This document shows positions 27,100 to 41,328 of a DNA stretch of 64,000 nt, one piece after another. Location: the NCBI GenBank assembly GCA_951406725.2, contig OX597815.1, forward strand, positions 40,548,001 through 40,612,000, given 5' to 3'. Below the pieces are notes generated by a model. It saw only the letters and a list, made by a program, of their open reading frames with translations, did no database searches and was not told where the DNA came from. Source of the stretch: Octopus vulgaris. Lineage: Eukaryota. The position numbers were made by a program, and so were the translations under genes. The stretch's first letter is position 1. Each line of letters opens with the position of its first letter.

Positions 27100-27800
27100 A
27101 TCAGCAAAACTATTTTAAATGTGTGTGAGCAGTACCCCTGTGCAAAGTGCACTAAAGTTTATAGAGGGTCACCAACTGATCAGGTCTGAAAAGGAAACCT
27201 AATCTTTAGGATGCAGTTTTAGTAATATTGTATTTTGAGGTTGCCATCATAATACTAGGATCTTTAAGATTTTAGTTTTTGTTCAGCATAGAGAAGATAC
27301 AGATGTGTAGAGTGATTGTGCTTTGTACTGTTAGAGGAGATTAGGTTGTCATGTCCTTATTAAAGAATATTTTAAAGAACTTTAATCATGAAAGCAGTTC
27401 ACATCTTAAGTAAGATTTCTATGTATATAGAAGGTTAAGGGTATCATCATTCACATAGGATTGTGTCATTAGAAGCAACTGGGGGAGGTCATTTAGACAT
27501 AAAAGAAAGAATAAAGAAAGCAAAAACCAAAATAAAAGGACACAAGAGTTGATAAAATGGGCTTTCATTGCAGCTATGACTGAACCATTTAAAGGATTGT
27601 GTGTTTTCTTTTTAGAGGCGTAGAGAGACATACATAGAAGAATAATATCAGTAGTCCACTTAGCTGTCTCTGAGATAGAGGAAACCACTAGTAATTTTTT
27701 AATATTCGGTCAGAAAAAAATTATCAAATTTTACTGTACAGAAAGAAACTAGCTGCAGTTAAGGAGACAAGAGAATAGGTGTCACTATTAGGAATGTAGC
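27100..27800 (-). mobile_element. Highly decayed CR1/Jockey-type LINE reverse transcriptase fragment
   Basis: INSCV...FLLCLNDL...SYVNDDTL resembles SGVPQGS..LFLLFINDL..YADD. Confidence 0.6.
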
Positions 27801-29079
27801 ACAAAAGCTGCAAAGACAGTCTTTAACAATCATTTAGAAGGGAGATTTAGTGGTGTTCATGCCTTTTTTAGAAAGGTAATAAGCTGTATATAAGTGAAAT
27901 AGCTTCAATCATGAGTGTAAACTGTTTTACAATTTCAGTTTGCTTTTTAAAATGTATACCACTACATAAAATTCAGCTGCTGGGAGTGTACATACCTTGT
28001 GACAGATTCTGTCCAGTTGCTAACAGATGTGTGTGCGTGAGTGTGTGAATATATGTATAAAAATTGAAAATGCGTTTTATATTTGTATGTGTGTATGTGA
28101 ATGGATGCATGCATATGTACATGTATGTATAAAAACAGAAAGAAAAAAAGGAAAATGCTCTAAAAATTTTCCATGAATTACATCACTTAAAGGGGAAAAT
28201 ATATATGCAAGACAATGTCATACAATCTCATTAGTACTGGATCACATATTTAGAAGCAGAAAGTGTAGGCAAATGAATCAATATCAGACATAAAGTGCAA
28301 AATCAACATTTGAACTCAGAAGCAGAAGAACAAAATAATTTTAAGCATTTAACCTATTACTATATGACATTAATAATCTTCCCCCAGCTCTACAGAATAT
28401 TTTTCCGGATCTCCATTTTGGTAATAGTATATGATACTGCATTTTGTAGACAAAATTCTCGAGAATGAAGATCATTAAGCTAGAACAGCATTTTAGTAAA
28501 AGATCCTATTGTTATAAACAGGCATGAATTTTAGAACAATTGCTTCACAACTTTAATTTCTTGTTTAATATCATTTTCTAACAAATTTGCCAAGTATCTT
28601 CTATCATGGAATCATGTTAAACAAAGCCCTATGAGTGAAATTTGATAGACAGAAACTATGTGGGAGCCTACTGAAGAGACAGCTTTTATGTGGGGATTGT
28701 AGACTATCTGTCACTCAAGTTTACACTACCACCTAGCCCATAGCTATTGCTAGTAGAGCCACTTATGAGTATTTGGACTAGTATTTGAGTTGAGAAACTT
28801 CCTTCATCATACCAGTCTCAGAAGCCTTGAGAAAAAAAATAAGGGTCCTTGCTTCTCTAGCTAAGTTATAAAAGATAAAAGAAAAACACTGAATAAATAA
28901 TGCCTTAAACAATTTACTAGGTAGCACCAGTTACTAAAATTGTTTTCTGAATTAGTTACAATAAAATAGGCATCTTTTATATAATTTTCAAACATATGAA
29001 AGTAATTAACATCAATAACTTTTAAACTCATTTCTTTTTATTGCGCCTTCCTTAGCCTGCCATTGCCTTACTTTTTTAA

Positions 29080-29080
29080 T

Positions 29081-29120
<40 letters not shown>

Positions 29121-29469
29121 GCCAAAATGACTGTGTGTGTGTCCTTTATACAAATCCACAATTTTTCAGTTAGAGGGCTCGCACTTTCTATGGTCATTCA
29201 AAACCGTCCAAGGGTGGCCGTGCACATCTTTACATTGCCCCAGTCACCCTGCAAAGCCATTTAAAAAAATCAATAGAAGTGACTTTTTTGAGAATTTTCT
29301 ATCCAAAACCCAATCAAAATGCCCGAAACTTGATACGCCAATTGAATACCAGCTAGCTGTATGTGATTGGTCAGAGATATGGACAGTACTCGCGTTAATA
29401 TGCGCACGCACGCAGCTGTATATACATGCACTAGCACTATGACCCGGCAACGCCAGGTCATAGTGCTAG
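29080..29469 (+). mobile_element. Non-autonomous Helitron-like element
   Basis: Inserted between A and T. 5' TC followed by (TA)n; 3' GC hairpin CCCGGCAACGCCAGG and terminal CTAG. Confidence 0.72.
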
Positions 29470-30282
29470 TCCATTATGTATCTTCCATTCTCATGACATG
29501 TCATATACTGCAGCTGCCTCTCATGAACTTTGAACACAGAACTCAGCCTTTGATGGCCAAATATTTCCTCAAATCACTTGTTCATTCAAATTAACCCTAT
29601 ATACTTAACAGGCATATTAAAACTCATCCAATCCAGCACCTGCAACTGTTCAGGCACCACATCCTACATCTCACAACAATGTTGTAGCATGTTATTTACA
29701 CACTTCGGAGTAAACAGCAACCAAAAATTATATCCTTTCAATTAAAATTATGTTCTATGTCATATGAGATTGCACACTACCAGTCTCAGGAAAACTACAA
29801 AGTTTAAAAACATTCAGAAGCAAAACTTATTACACGTTAATGAAGGAGCCTCTACATTGACTCTCAACCTGCTAAATTTATCAATCAGAACTCCCTCAAA
29901 TCACACACTGTTTTTAAAAAGGGAAAACATTGAACAATGTAATGTTGGAAGTTTAACACCCGAAGAAATAAGGGATGGTCATTGCTAGAACTCCTTTAGA
30001 TATAAATCAGCTGAATAAGATTTAACAATAAGAATTCAATTTATCTCCTAGTTTGGCAGCCTGCGTTTCCAGAAACAAAAATATAAAACTATGAACAGCC
30101 ATAGTATCGACACTTTATTAATCATGTCTTATCTGTAATAAGTATCAATTACTGCATTATTAATGACTATTCTACATAAAAGAAAAAAAAATCTTGAATA
30201 TCATAGAAAGAGAAATTCTAAGAACGCATCCATGAATGCAGATCATGGTTGAAGTTCAAGTTAAAATACAATGATACCAAAT

Positions 30283-30514
30283 GCAACAAGCTGGCAGAAA
30301 GGTTAGCATGTCGGGTGAAATGCGTAGCCGTATTTCGTCTGCCGCTACGTTCTAAGTTCAAATTCCGCCAAGGTCGACTTTGCCTTTCATCCTTTCAGGG
30401 TCGATAAATTAAGTACCAGTTACGCACTGGGGTCAACATAATTGACTTAATCCGTTTGTCTGTCCTTATTTGTCCCCTCTGTGTTTAGCCCCTTGTGGGT
30501 AGTAAAGAAATAGG
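30283..30514 (+). mobile_element. tRNA-derived SINE, second family (another copy at 17881-18110)
   Basis: AGCTGGCAGAA A-box, GTTCAAATTCC B-box and a conserved central GCCTTTCATCCTTTC.GGGTCGATAAATTAAGTACCAG domain; two similar copies. Confidence 0.8.
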
Positions 30515-31532
30515 TGTTGACTGTCAAGTATTAATTGATAAAAAGAAGGAATGGTTGTGTGAAGATAAGTATTTTTAGCCACCATATAACCTCAGGCTCA
30601 ATTCCCTTGAGCAGCATCTTTGGTAGGTGTTTTCTGCTGTACACTCAGGTTAACCAACTTATTGTGAATGAAATTTGGTAGATGGAAACTGAGGAAGATT
30701 GTTGTAATATTTGTAAGTGAAAGAGAAAGTGTGTATGTGTGCATGTATGTGTGGGGAGAGAGAGACTGAGAGTGAGCATAAATGATGCAAAATGCTGTAT
30801 CAAGTGGCATTCTTTTATGTCAAAAGTTTACTTCACTTATTTTGGTATCAGACTGAAAATAACTTAAGGGGTTAATAGATTGACAAAAAACCCTTGGAAA
30901 CAATATTCAAATATGGTCAATGACAGTTCAATTACCAAAACCAGCAACAAAACATTTTTTAAATAAAAAGTGCACAAGACATTCTCTCTAATCATTTTAT
31001 TCAAGATATACTGGTCTTCTAAGGTTAAGCTACAATCATATACATGAATGGCAATTTCTGTCTGTTACCATCTTGCTGCCTACACCAGTGAACTAATCTT
31101 GATGAAACTTTGCATACATGTTAAACTAACATCCAGTTGAATTATAAGTTGACTGGATTTCACTAAAAATCTATAATGTCCCCTACCTAGGGGGTTGGGC
31201 TATTATTTGATAAAATAAGGGTGCAAAGAACGTTAGTGTGAGGGAAATATGGTGGCATAGTGAGTGTGGCTGATATCAGGGAAGGGGAGAACACTGTTAT
31301 GTAAGCAACAAATATGGAGTTGCAGTGGATGATAATGTTAATACAGCTGTCATAAATAACTTTTAAAATGCTGAGGAAGGGAAAGAAAGGTGGGTGTGAG
31401 GAATATGTAGCTTTAAGGAGAGAGGGGGTAGGTGGCTTTTCTGCTGTCCATCGCAAAGAAACACACACACATATGTACATACATACATGTCTACTATACA
31501 CCATTTTAAATTTGTGATTACTTGTGTGTACA

Positions 31533-31565
<33 letters not shown>

Positions 31566-34301
31566 TGTCCTATAACTGTCTGTCTCTCTACTTTTGTAGG
31601 GTCTTCTCTGTTGCTATCACACGGTGAAATTTTAAAATTACATCAAAATTTTCAAATTTGGTATATTGAAATAATTTTCTACATTAAATCTGATTTTGTT
31701 ATTTATTTGTTCCAGAAAATTGCAGAAAAATGTTACTGAGGTTTAAAGTTTAATCAATTTTACCTAATCAGAAAACAGGATTTGGAAGCTGGCATTTTCT
31801 GCATGATAGCTGTCTATCACAAAATGAAAGCAAAGTCATTATGAGGAGGATTTTTTATTAAACAAACGAAAGTAAAGCATTACAACAACCAAAGTTGTAA
31901 GAACTTCTGAAGTTTTCATAAGTTTTAATGAATAAAGCCATGTGAAATGGTCGAACAGACATGTAAATAATTTAAAAAGGAAGAAAATCCTCAACAAAGT
32001 TTTTTTCTGAAAAATTTTACAAATCTGTTCTGATCAAGAGGGCTATCTGTCAGGGAAAGCATGGTCTGACATGGAGTAAACAAAAATTTATATATGACAT
32101 TATATTATAAAAACTGCCTGGAAACAATGGGCTATTGAACCAGTAAATAATATAGTGAAGGCATTCAGAGATACTGTCTCCTGTATGGCTGAGTGATCTT
32201 GGTTAAGTGAGGTCAATGCCTCCTAGGCTCCATACATTAATTTGTCACCTCAATCTATTTTTAATTATCAGAGCTATTTTGTGTCTATATGATTATTAGT
32301 CAGTATATTCAATTTAATGCAGAGATGACACAACAAACTCTGATATAAAAAAAAATACAAAATTTTATAATCTAAATATCCAAAATACAATATCAATTCA
32401 AAACACTCATTATACCATAATATTAGTTGAATGACAAATATTCAAATTGTTAATCATTGGAAAAGAAAAAGTGTTTCAATGAGCCACATGATCTCATAAA
32501 ACTCATATGCAGCTCTGATTTTAATAGCATTAAGCAGATAAGAAATGCATTTTGTTTATGGATAGGGCACCAATCTGTCATGAGTAGCATTCTCTTGAAG
32601 CATGAAAGTTTAAGTGTTTTGCCTAGGGTCACAAGAAGCTTCATCAGTTGATAAGAACTATATGATCAATAGACTGATAGCCCAATACCATATCTAAATA
32701 GTTGTATCACTTCTACATCTGGCTCCTGTACATATTAAACATCTATAGCAAATTTCTCATTACAAATGATCAAGATACAGTAGATAAGAATTAAGATATT
32801 ACACTACATTTGTGAAGTAATGTTAAAATCTTGTTTACAGTTTACGTATCAGGTCTCTATGTAAGGTGCATTTCAAGTGATTAGTTGTAGAAAATGATGT
32901 TCTGCTACAAGGCATTCTTCTATAAATCATACAGAAATACTGAATATTGAAAATCTATCCCACTCTTATTAACATAAAAGTAGAAGATAAAAATTAAACA
33001 TAATGCTTGGTAAACTACAAATATTTTTGTGGAGTGGTTTCACTTGCAAAGTAAAATGCAATACAACAATTAAGAGTACTTATGTCTTCTTTAGGTACCA
33101 GAGACTTCAAGAACTCTTATTTTGATCTACAAATGAAAATGAAGTAAAATGTATGGAGAAATTATTATTGGTTTCAAATTCTTTTTTCCTCAAAGTGCAA
33201 AAGAAAAGAAAAAAAACAGAAAACTTCAAGAAAATCAAAATAAATAAGCTGCCGAATCAACACAAAGATAATGAACATAACTAAAAATTTGAGAGTGGTC
33301 TGAATATTACTGATAACAGCTACTATCCAAGTACATGGACCTACATTTTCATCATCATAGAGGCCCCAAATTTTCGCAATACCCTCCCTTTCTCCTTCAA
33401 GTTGAAATACATGGCAAGGAGAGAAAGATATAAGTGAGTATAATTAAAGAAAAGTTTTTCTTTTTTTCTTTTGTCATGCATTATTGAGTCTCTAAGTCTA
33501 ATGGTTAAAGCTTAAGCAAAAAAGGACAAGTATCACAAGAGCAATAAATGTTACTGAGGAGAAAAAGAACTGCTCAAGAAATTGTGTAAGAATATAGTTA
33601 ATGTTTGTCATACACTCAAATCTTTCCATATCATTTCATTATATCATGGGCTTTGGTTAGTCTTTTGTTCTTATTTAACAGCAGTTAAGTCATATTTAAT
33701 AAACATCAAAACATATTTAAATCGTTTCATTTAATATGTGAGACAACTTTGAATATATTTTGGTCTTATGAGACATTATAGCATTAGACTTCATCTCACT
33801 CAGCAGAATAGTGACAACAAAATCAGTAAGTAGATGTACAATACTGTACATAGGTAAGCATGAAAAATTAGCATATTTAAAAAACAAAACAAAAAAAAAC
33901 GAAGTAATTAACCTCAGCAATTAATTTTTTCCCCCCCATCAATGGCCTTCTTTGTGGTCTTTACTAAGGATAAATCAGCAAAGTCAGAATTTTTCTTTTC
34001 TCTAGTTTCAGCTCAGAGCTGCGTCTAAGTAATGGGTCTAAGTTAAGTAATAGATCTGGCTAATTTAGTTGAGTAGAGGTTATAAAAACAGGCAGAGAAA
34101 CAGGGAAATACAGTTTTACAGAGAGTAAATGACTGCACAAAATTATTAAGTGGAACATACTCTTCAAATAAGAGCCTTTTCTTTGGTCAAGGAGATACAT
34201 GGTTAACTCAATTATATACTTTAATGTAGAATATATTTTCAGATTTTAAAGTATAAGCAAGAAGTAAAATTTCTTAAATTAGAAATACATTCCTACCTTA
34301 A

Positions 34302-34510
34302 CCCTTTAGTATTTAAACTGGTTTTATATTCTACCTGTTTTATGTTCAAACTGGCCAGATCCAACATCTCACACCTACTCTCCAATGTCATAGTAAAAAT
34401 AAACAATTATGTTATTGAAATTTTGAAGCCACAAGATAATGCTTGGTTAATTCAAGACAATGTGAATAATTAAGCATTACATTTGACAGAGTAATCTGAA
34501 TGCTAAAGGG
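34302..34510. mobile_element. piggyBac-type MITE (related copies ~17288-17510, ~44965-45137, ~50615-50825)
   Basis: TTAA on both sides; TIRs CCCTTTAG/CTAAAGGG; the internal sequence recurs in the window. Confidence 0.8.
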
Positions 34511-37500
34511 TTAAAAAGTAGCTGCATTAAAAAAAAGGAAGATCAAAACATAAAACAATGTTTGCATATGTTTAGATATTCAAAAGCTTTTGAATGAAAT
34601 ATTTTCATTTTATCAAATTTCATCTAATCTCTAAAACACAAAATTAATATTCCTTATTACCATAATATGAGCAATGCAGTTTGCCCAATCAGTAGACGTC
34701 GCAGATGCTACACTGTCTCTGGTTTACATAGTTCTAAAATCAAATCTTTTCAGAACCAAAAGTTTTTAACTAACATGATTTGGTAAAATAAGTCCCAGTT
34801 ACTTGTAGGGAATAAAAATTTATTCAATTCCCTACAAAAGTGGTCCCATGCTTGTTTTGCCTTTCTAGAATTTGATAACAGTACAAGTCAAATACTAGAT
34901 TTAATAGATTTCAGTCCACTCCAAATAATGTGGCCTGATGCCTAAATTAGAAAATATTAATGTATTGGATTGACAGAATCAGAGCAACAAAATGCCTTAC
35001 AGTATTTGGCTACATACCTTTATGTTCTGGGTTCAAATCCTGTCAAAGATGACAAATACTAAGCATGCACAGGAATTAATATAATCAACTGTTCCTTTTC
35101 ATAAAACTTGAGATTTGTGAATATGCTAGAAAGTACCAGTTGAACACTGAGGTTAGTGTAATCAACTTACCTACCTCTCTGAAATTGCTAGCCTTGTGTC
35201 AAAACTTTAACTTATTATTATTTTTGCTACTGTATGTGACAAGATGTTGCCATAAATTCTTGACAAACTAATCTTTGGTTTCCACCTGAAACCATTTTAC
35301 TTACATCACTGACATTCAAAGCAACAAGTAGAACAATATAAAAATTCATTTCTCACTTCACCTATTTAAAGCACTGTAACTCATTATTTTACTCCCGTTT
35401 CTCACCACCACTATTAAGTAAGGTTAACTTTTCACTAAACACATGATTTGCATTACATGTCCAAATTAGCAAATTTGTTTCTATTACATTTATTTTCAAA
35501 TTGTTGATACACACCTTCAAAATATTTAATAATGAGAACTAGGTCATTAGAACAAAACCATACTCAAAGGTTTATTTCCAGTTAGATTGCTTTAAGGTTT
35601 CTAGAGAGAGAGAGCTGACAAAGTTCTTGTGGCTAAATTTCTCACCAAGTTCATTGCTGAACTTGGCCTTTATAGTACTTTCCTTTCTTAAGTCATTTCT
35701 CTACACCTAGCCTACTCATTGTTCTCAGAACCAAAATGCATGAAACCTGAAATAAGTTCGCTTAACCAACAAATGGAAACTAGAATATTTATCATGTCCT
35801 GCTACAATTTGAATTCTAACAAATATGGTTGTGTCTCAATACAAACTCATACTACAAAACCAACTATACGTATCCTACACTAACATCATAGCTATCAAAT
35901 CTATTAACTCAAAGCCCTTATAATTTGAGTTCTTTAAAGCACTTCAGCTTAACTTGGAAGGAGCTGACTACAGAAGATTCCATTATGTCATTCACTAGAG
36001 TTAACATTTTTCTGCATAAACTGATTAAACTAAGACCAATGCTTTCAGCATTTCATCTATCTATAAGGGACTAGCAGACTTCTTGTCCTGAATCACTAAA
36101 TCCATACTCTACAATTACTCTCCTATTGAATCCAAACAGTGGATGCTCCTTCTTCCACTCATAAGTTTTAACAGATCCTAACAGAGAGTGTTAAGATTCT
36201 TTGTTTCCAATATCATTTTATACAGGTGAACTTGTGATATTTAAAATAATATATTTCTTACTGAAGAAATAACCTTTCATCTGTATGCACTGAATACTTC
36301 ATGCAACTGAGCATAAAACTTTGGCCAATAGCTGACTCTACTCCTTTTCAGTTAAGTATATCTAATATTCAACTTGCAAGTATTATTTCCTTTAAAGCAT
36401 GTTTCCATATTACTCTCAAGACATCTATTTATCTTCAAGCTTATGTAATAGATATATTTTATCATCATCATCATATAACTTCCAGGAATATTAATATTAT
36501 GAAACTGATCTTGAGGATGTCTAAGAAAATCAGAACATTTGCAAATGTGATTAAATCATGAAACTAATTATATAAACAAACAAACTCACATGTGTACATA
36601 TATGTTTATTAGAGAGAATTGTAATGCTAGTTTATTCTTTCTGTCTGTCAATCTCTCTCTCCTTCATTCCCCTATACCATTATTGTCTTCTTTTTTTTTT
36701 ATTACATAGCCTTTATTACCTCATTATTCCTCCACCACTGACTCCCTCATTTCTCACTCTTCTTCCACACTAACACCTAATTACTCTATCCCCCTCCTCT
36801 ATTTAGTTCATTTTCACTAATCACTCTCTCTCCTACCTAATCTGTTAGTCACTTGGGTCCTGAACAGATGGAGATGATGCAGAGCAGTGAAGACCCCTTC
36901 TGTCTTTCAAGGTACAAGGTAACATCACTAACGTTGGTATACCCATTACACTCTGCAAAGTGACTGGCATTAGGAAAAGCAGGACAACGTCTCCCAAATA
37001 TTCCTAAAAGAGCAATAATCCCAAATAAGGATTCAGACCATGACAACCTTCAGCTGGAAGCATTTACAGTTGTTATTCAGCCCCAGATCAGCCATGATTG
37101 TGCAGCCCAATGGTGAAAGCTTTCTGGCCATAACTGTCTGTCATTTTTGTGCAAAAGGAAGTACATTCTCTAATATATCCATATTCACTACCATACAAGG
37201 CACTGAATTGGCATAGTCTTTAAAGAGTCAGATAAAATAGCTCGCAGTATACATTCTGCACTCTAATTGCAAATACTACCAAGACAAGCTTTGCCTTCCA
37301 CCCTTTCTATGTTAATAAAATACCAGTTTCGGTACTTGAGTCAACTCTTTGTCTTCCTCTCTCTGGAAAACATCAGTTCTGGTGAGATCAGGAAAATAAC
37401 AGGCTTCTCTATATGTAGCAATGCTGCCTCTAACAATTCCATCAGAAATTGTGGGTTCAAGGACAGATATACATATATGAAGTCTTCTGTCAGTCAAGCT

Positions 37501-38871
37501 TCATGTAATGTGTACTTGGAAAGGTCTTCAAAATGAATCCCTGGACAAGATTTATGTAAGACTAGCAACTGCCCATGCAGCAAGTATTCCTTCTCCATCC
37601 CACTAATGTTGCTATCAGAATGTAAAGAGCTGAAACGTATACCATAAAGCATCTCATCCAATGCACTTATAAATTCCACCAATCTGGATGAGTAGTTTAT
37701 TTACTGACCCCCAAGAGAGTGAACAGCAATGCTGACCTCCATGGGTTTTAAACTTAGAGCAGAGATAGGTGTTTTACCAAGACTAAAATTATCTGCCAAA
37801 TTGAGGGCCATTCTTCCCATTTGACTAACTGTTGAGTTACTGTACATTTTCAGTGATTAAATATATTGTTTAGATAAACTAAAAGTATACTTTCTAGGGT
37901 CATGTGCATTTAGAGAGAGAGAGAGTGAGTGAGTGAGTGCGTGACATAAATAGCAAAGATTTGTTAATCAGGCTCACTCTGCCAAATCCAAATTTATAAT
38001 GAAAGTAAAAGATTTTATCAATTATAATTAAAAGCAAGAAATGTTTGCCAAAAATAAGACAGCCCATTTTGCCAAAATTTAGATAGGTTTTAGATCTAAT
38101 TCAAGTTTGCATCTGTATTTCATCTACGTGCTTATTATAAGTTCATAAATTTAAAAGATTAAAAGAAAGCTCATTAATTTGCTCGACTAAAGGCGGTGCT
38201 CCAGCATGGCCACAGTCAAATGTCTGAAACAAGTAAAAGAGTAAAAGAGAGAGTAAATTCACAATTTCAGACGCCATGACAAGATTTTTAACTTGTATAA
38301 AAAGACTATAAATTAAATATTTCTCTAATCAAAAGATTTTCCAGAACATAAGAAAGAGGAGTCATAGACTCTGAAAGCCACAGTGAAGGTAAACCATCCA
38401 GAGTAGTAACAACACCATTTATAAATTGATATAAGATAGAGAAAACTTTTTAGACGTGGCCAACAACTTTTAATGTCAATGCAGGATAAAATGCTGAAAA
38501 CTGGTTGGTAATAGGAAGGCTTTTTTTTTTTCTTACCAATGCACCTAATTACTGATTATCTCTTACTGATAATCTCTTACTGATACACACACGAACACGC
38601 ACTTGACAATCTTCTGCACAGTTTCTGTTTCCTAAATTTTAATCACCCCCCCCCCCACCTCCCACCCACAAAAAAAATTTCAGCAACTCAAAATTGCAAT
38701 AGAAGACACCTGTCCAAGGTGCTGTACAATAGGAGAGAACCCAAAACTATGATTGCAAATCAAACTGCCCAAATAATTTCCAGTTGTACTGCACCATTCT
38801 TTCTCTGCAGGTGTTTTAAAATTTTACTTCAGAAATTTCAAATGCAAAATATCAAATCACTTATGGAGTTA

Positions 38872-38940
38872 TTGATCATTTTAAATGAGATCATTAAATT
38901 GATGATTTTAAATGAGACCATTAAATTGATCGTTTTAAAT
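38872..38940. repeat. 27-bp minisatellite, about 2.5 copies
   Basis: TTGATCATTTTAAATGAGATCATTAAA unit repeated. Confidence 0.85.
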
Positions 38941-39439
38941 AAAGGAAAAAGTTGTTATGGACAAAGCTATGAATGTAGGCATTCCACAGATCTAGTAGAG
39001 CAGATATACATGTCTCAGCCTAGTCAAGAACAATACAATACTAGAATGAAAAATGTGAGTGCAGAATCCTAGAATATTCCTAAGAATTGAACCTTGAAAA
39101 GTACAGAACAAGCAGTAATTAAGCCTGAAAATGTACAGAACAAGAAGAAAAAAAAGTTAAATGAAAAAAAGACATTGGAGGGAGCTGTGTGCAGTAAAAT
39201 TTTTTCGCAAATTATAGTATTGCTTACGTATTGAACTAAATTAAGCTTTGTAAGTATTTGATTAACAGAGGATTAGAGTGAGATTTTTAATATGTACATA
39301 TTTTAATACACAAGCAGAATCATAAAAATATGAAACTGCAAAAAAAATTGTAGCTTCTTTCATGCTTCATATTTTTAGATGAAGTTTTCTCCAAAATTTG
39401 AGTTCAAATATTATTTTTCTCTTAAAAAGACAAAAATAT

Positions 39440-40010
39440 TTTGATTTCTTAAAATTATCACCTTTTTTCATCATTTAAAGCCACACAACCCTTTTTGTAG
39501 CAAATAGTTTTTGACAATGTTTTCACCATAAGATTCTCCTCATAAAGCTCTTTCTTCCGAGGTAGATATCAAATGCAGTATAGCTGCCTTAAAAACAGAA
39601 AAAAGTAGCTAGCAAGCTGCTATAGAGTATCAAACTCTGTACCTCTCAAACTCTGGTTAAGCATTCTGTACCATTAAGCTAAGAGACCCATGACATTAGA
39701 TACCATCTTTTATAGCACTAAATATCTTAAAATGACAAAAAATATTTTAATTTAAAATGATCGTTTTTTCATCACTTAAAGGCCACACCTCTCTTTGTAG
39801 CAAGTATATTTTGACTAAGTTTTCACCATAAGATTCATCCTATAGCACTATAACTATTGTATAGTTTTCTTTTAGAATAACTGAGATATTTTGATTCAAA
39901 GTCAATTTTGGGAGTTACTTACCATTTTTTTCATCACTTAAAGCGACACAACATTTTTCATTACTAATACTTTTTAACAAGAGCATCACCAAAAGATTCT
40001 TCTCATTGAG
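39440..40010. repeat. Three diverged internal repeats within an unclassified AT-rich element
   Basis: TTTTTTCATCA(C/T)TTAAAG...CACCA(T/A)AAGATTC recurs near 39463, 39764 and 39926. Confidence 0.6.
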
Positions 40011-41328
40011 CACATTCTTTTAAACCCAATTAATCTATACTTTTCTTCTAAAATAACAGATATTTGATTCAAAGTTAATTTTTTGCCTTACTCTCCTATT
40101 TTTGACCTCACATATTTTGACCTAACTTTTTTTTTTAATGAACTAAATTTCAACTATTTTATCTCAAAATGTATCTTGGTAGAGGACCATCAATGCTAAA
40201 AAAAACACACACATCCAATTTGGTTGAGGACTAAGTGATGAAGCCTAGAAGTGCTTACAAGTAACTAAAAGTTGACCTTAATATATTCACCCACTGCCAT
40301 GGATGAATGATTCAAAGAATGCAATATGATAATCTAAATCTGTTGTATTTTCTTCACTGCCCTGTCTGTTCATGTATGCCTTTAGATTCTGGTGTTGGCC
40401 AGAGCAAAGTGGATTTGGTAGGTGCATGATAGTTTCTGTTTCTCTAAACTTAACACATTCCAGTACTATGTCCGGAGTTGATGAGGTTATAGATGTTGTT
40501 ACCATTCATGAGTGAATGTAATTTATATTTGTATAGACTAAGCGGGAGCTGCAGTAGTGTCTGGATGCTTGAACAAGTAATGGGGATTGTCTGTCAGAAC
40601 TTACTGTAGTAACAGCCCACACTCCTCAAATATGCAGATGTTTCTGAAAAACCTTATTGAAAAATGTAATTCCTAATAGTTCAACAAAATATTAGATGCC
40701 TGTTTTCATATTACTACTCTATTTTGTCAGTGGAAAAATTCTGACAGGATCAAAATTTCAACTTGCTTCTTTATACCTTTTTCCTTCCTCAATTTTTTTC
40801 ATTAACATCAAAGTTTTATGGTGTTTTCTCACACTTCTTTTAACTCAAGGTGTCTGATATCAATATATTTTTTCTCATCACACACAATTTTTTTTTTACA
40901 CAGAATTATTATACTTACTGCTATGCACCACTGGATACCATGTAAAAATTGTTTCATAAATGTAACTGATTACACAACACAATTTTCTTGTATGCAAACA
41001 ATGGTTAATGACATTATTCCTGAAATTTAGTTTTGCTTTGTTACTAATATGTGGTTTTATATGAAAGTAATTACCAGAAGTGAAAGTGCATGACCTTAGT
41101 GGCTAGGAGGTTGCACTCATGATCATAATTTTGATTCCTGGACCAGGCAGTATTACATTGTGTTCTAGAGTAAAACACTTCATTTCACAATACTCCTGTC
41201 CACTCAGCTGTAAATGAGTCCCAGCAATAGTTGAGAAGGTAACCTTGTGACAGACCAGCGTCCCATTCAGTGGAGAGGGAGGGGAGTGTTGTAATCTCAG
41301 TCACATATAGGCAGACCTAACCTAAATT

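Noticed and set aside
31030-32145. Possible second Helitron with nested inserts
   Set aside because: The termini and hairpin are too degenerate to set boundaries.
32380-36550. Scattered LINE-like peptide traces and isolated splice-like signals
   Set aside because: No convincing motif or consistent exon chain.
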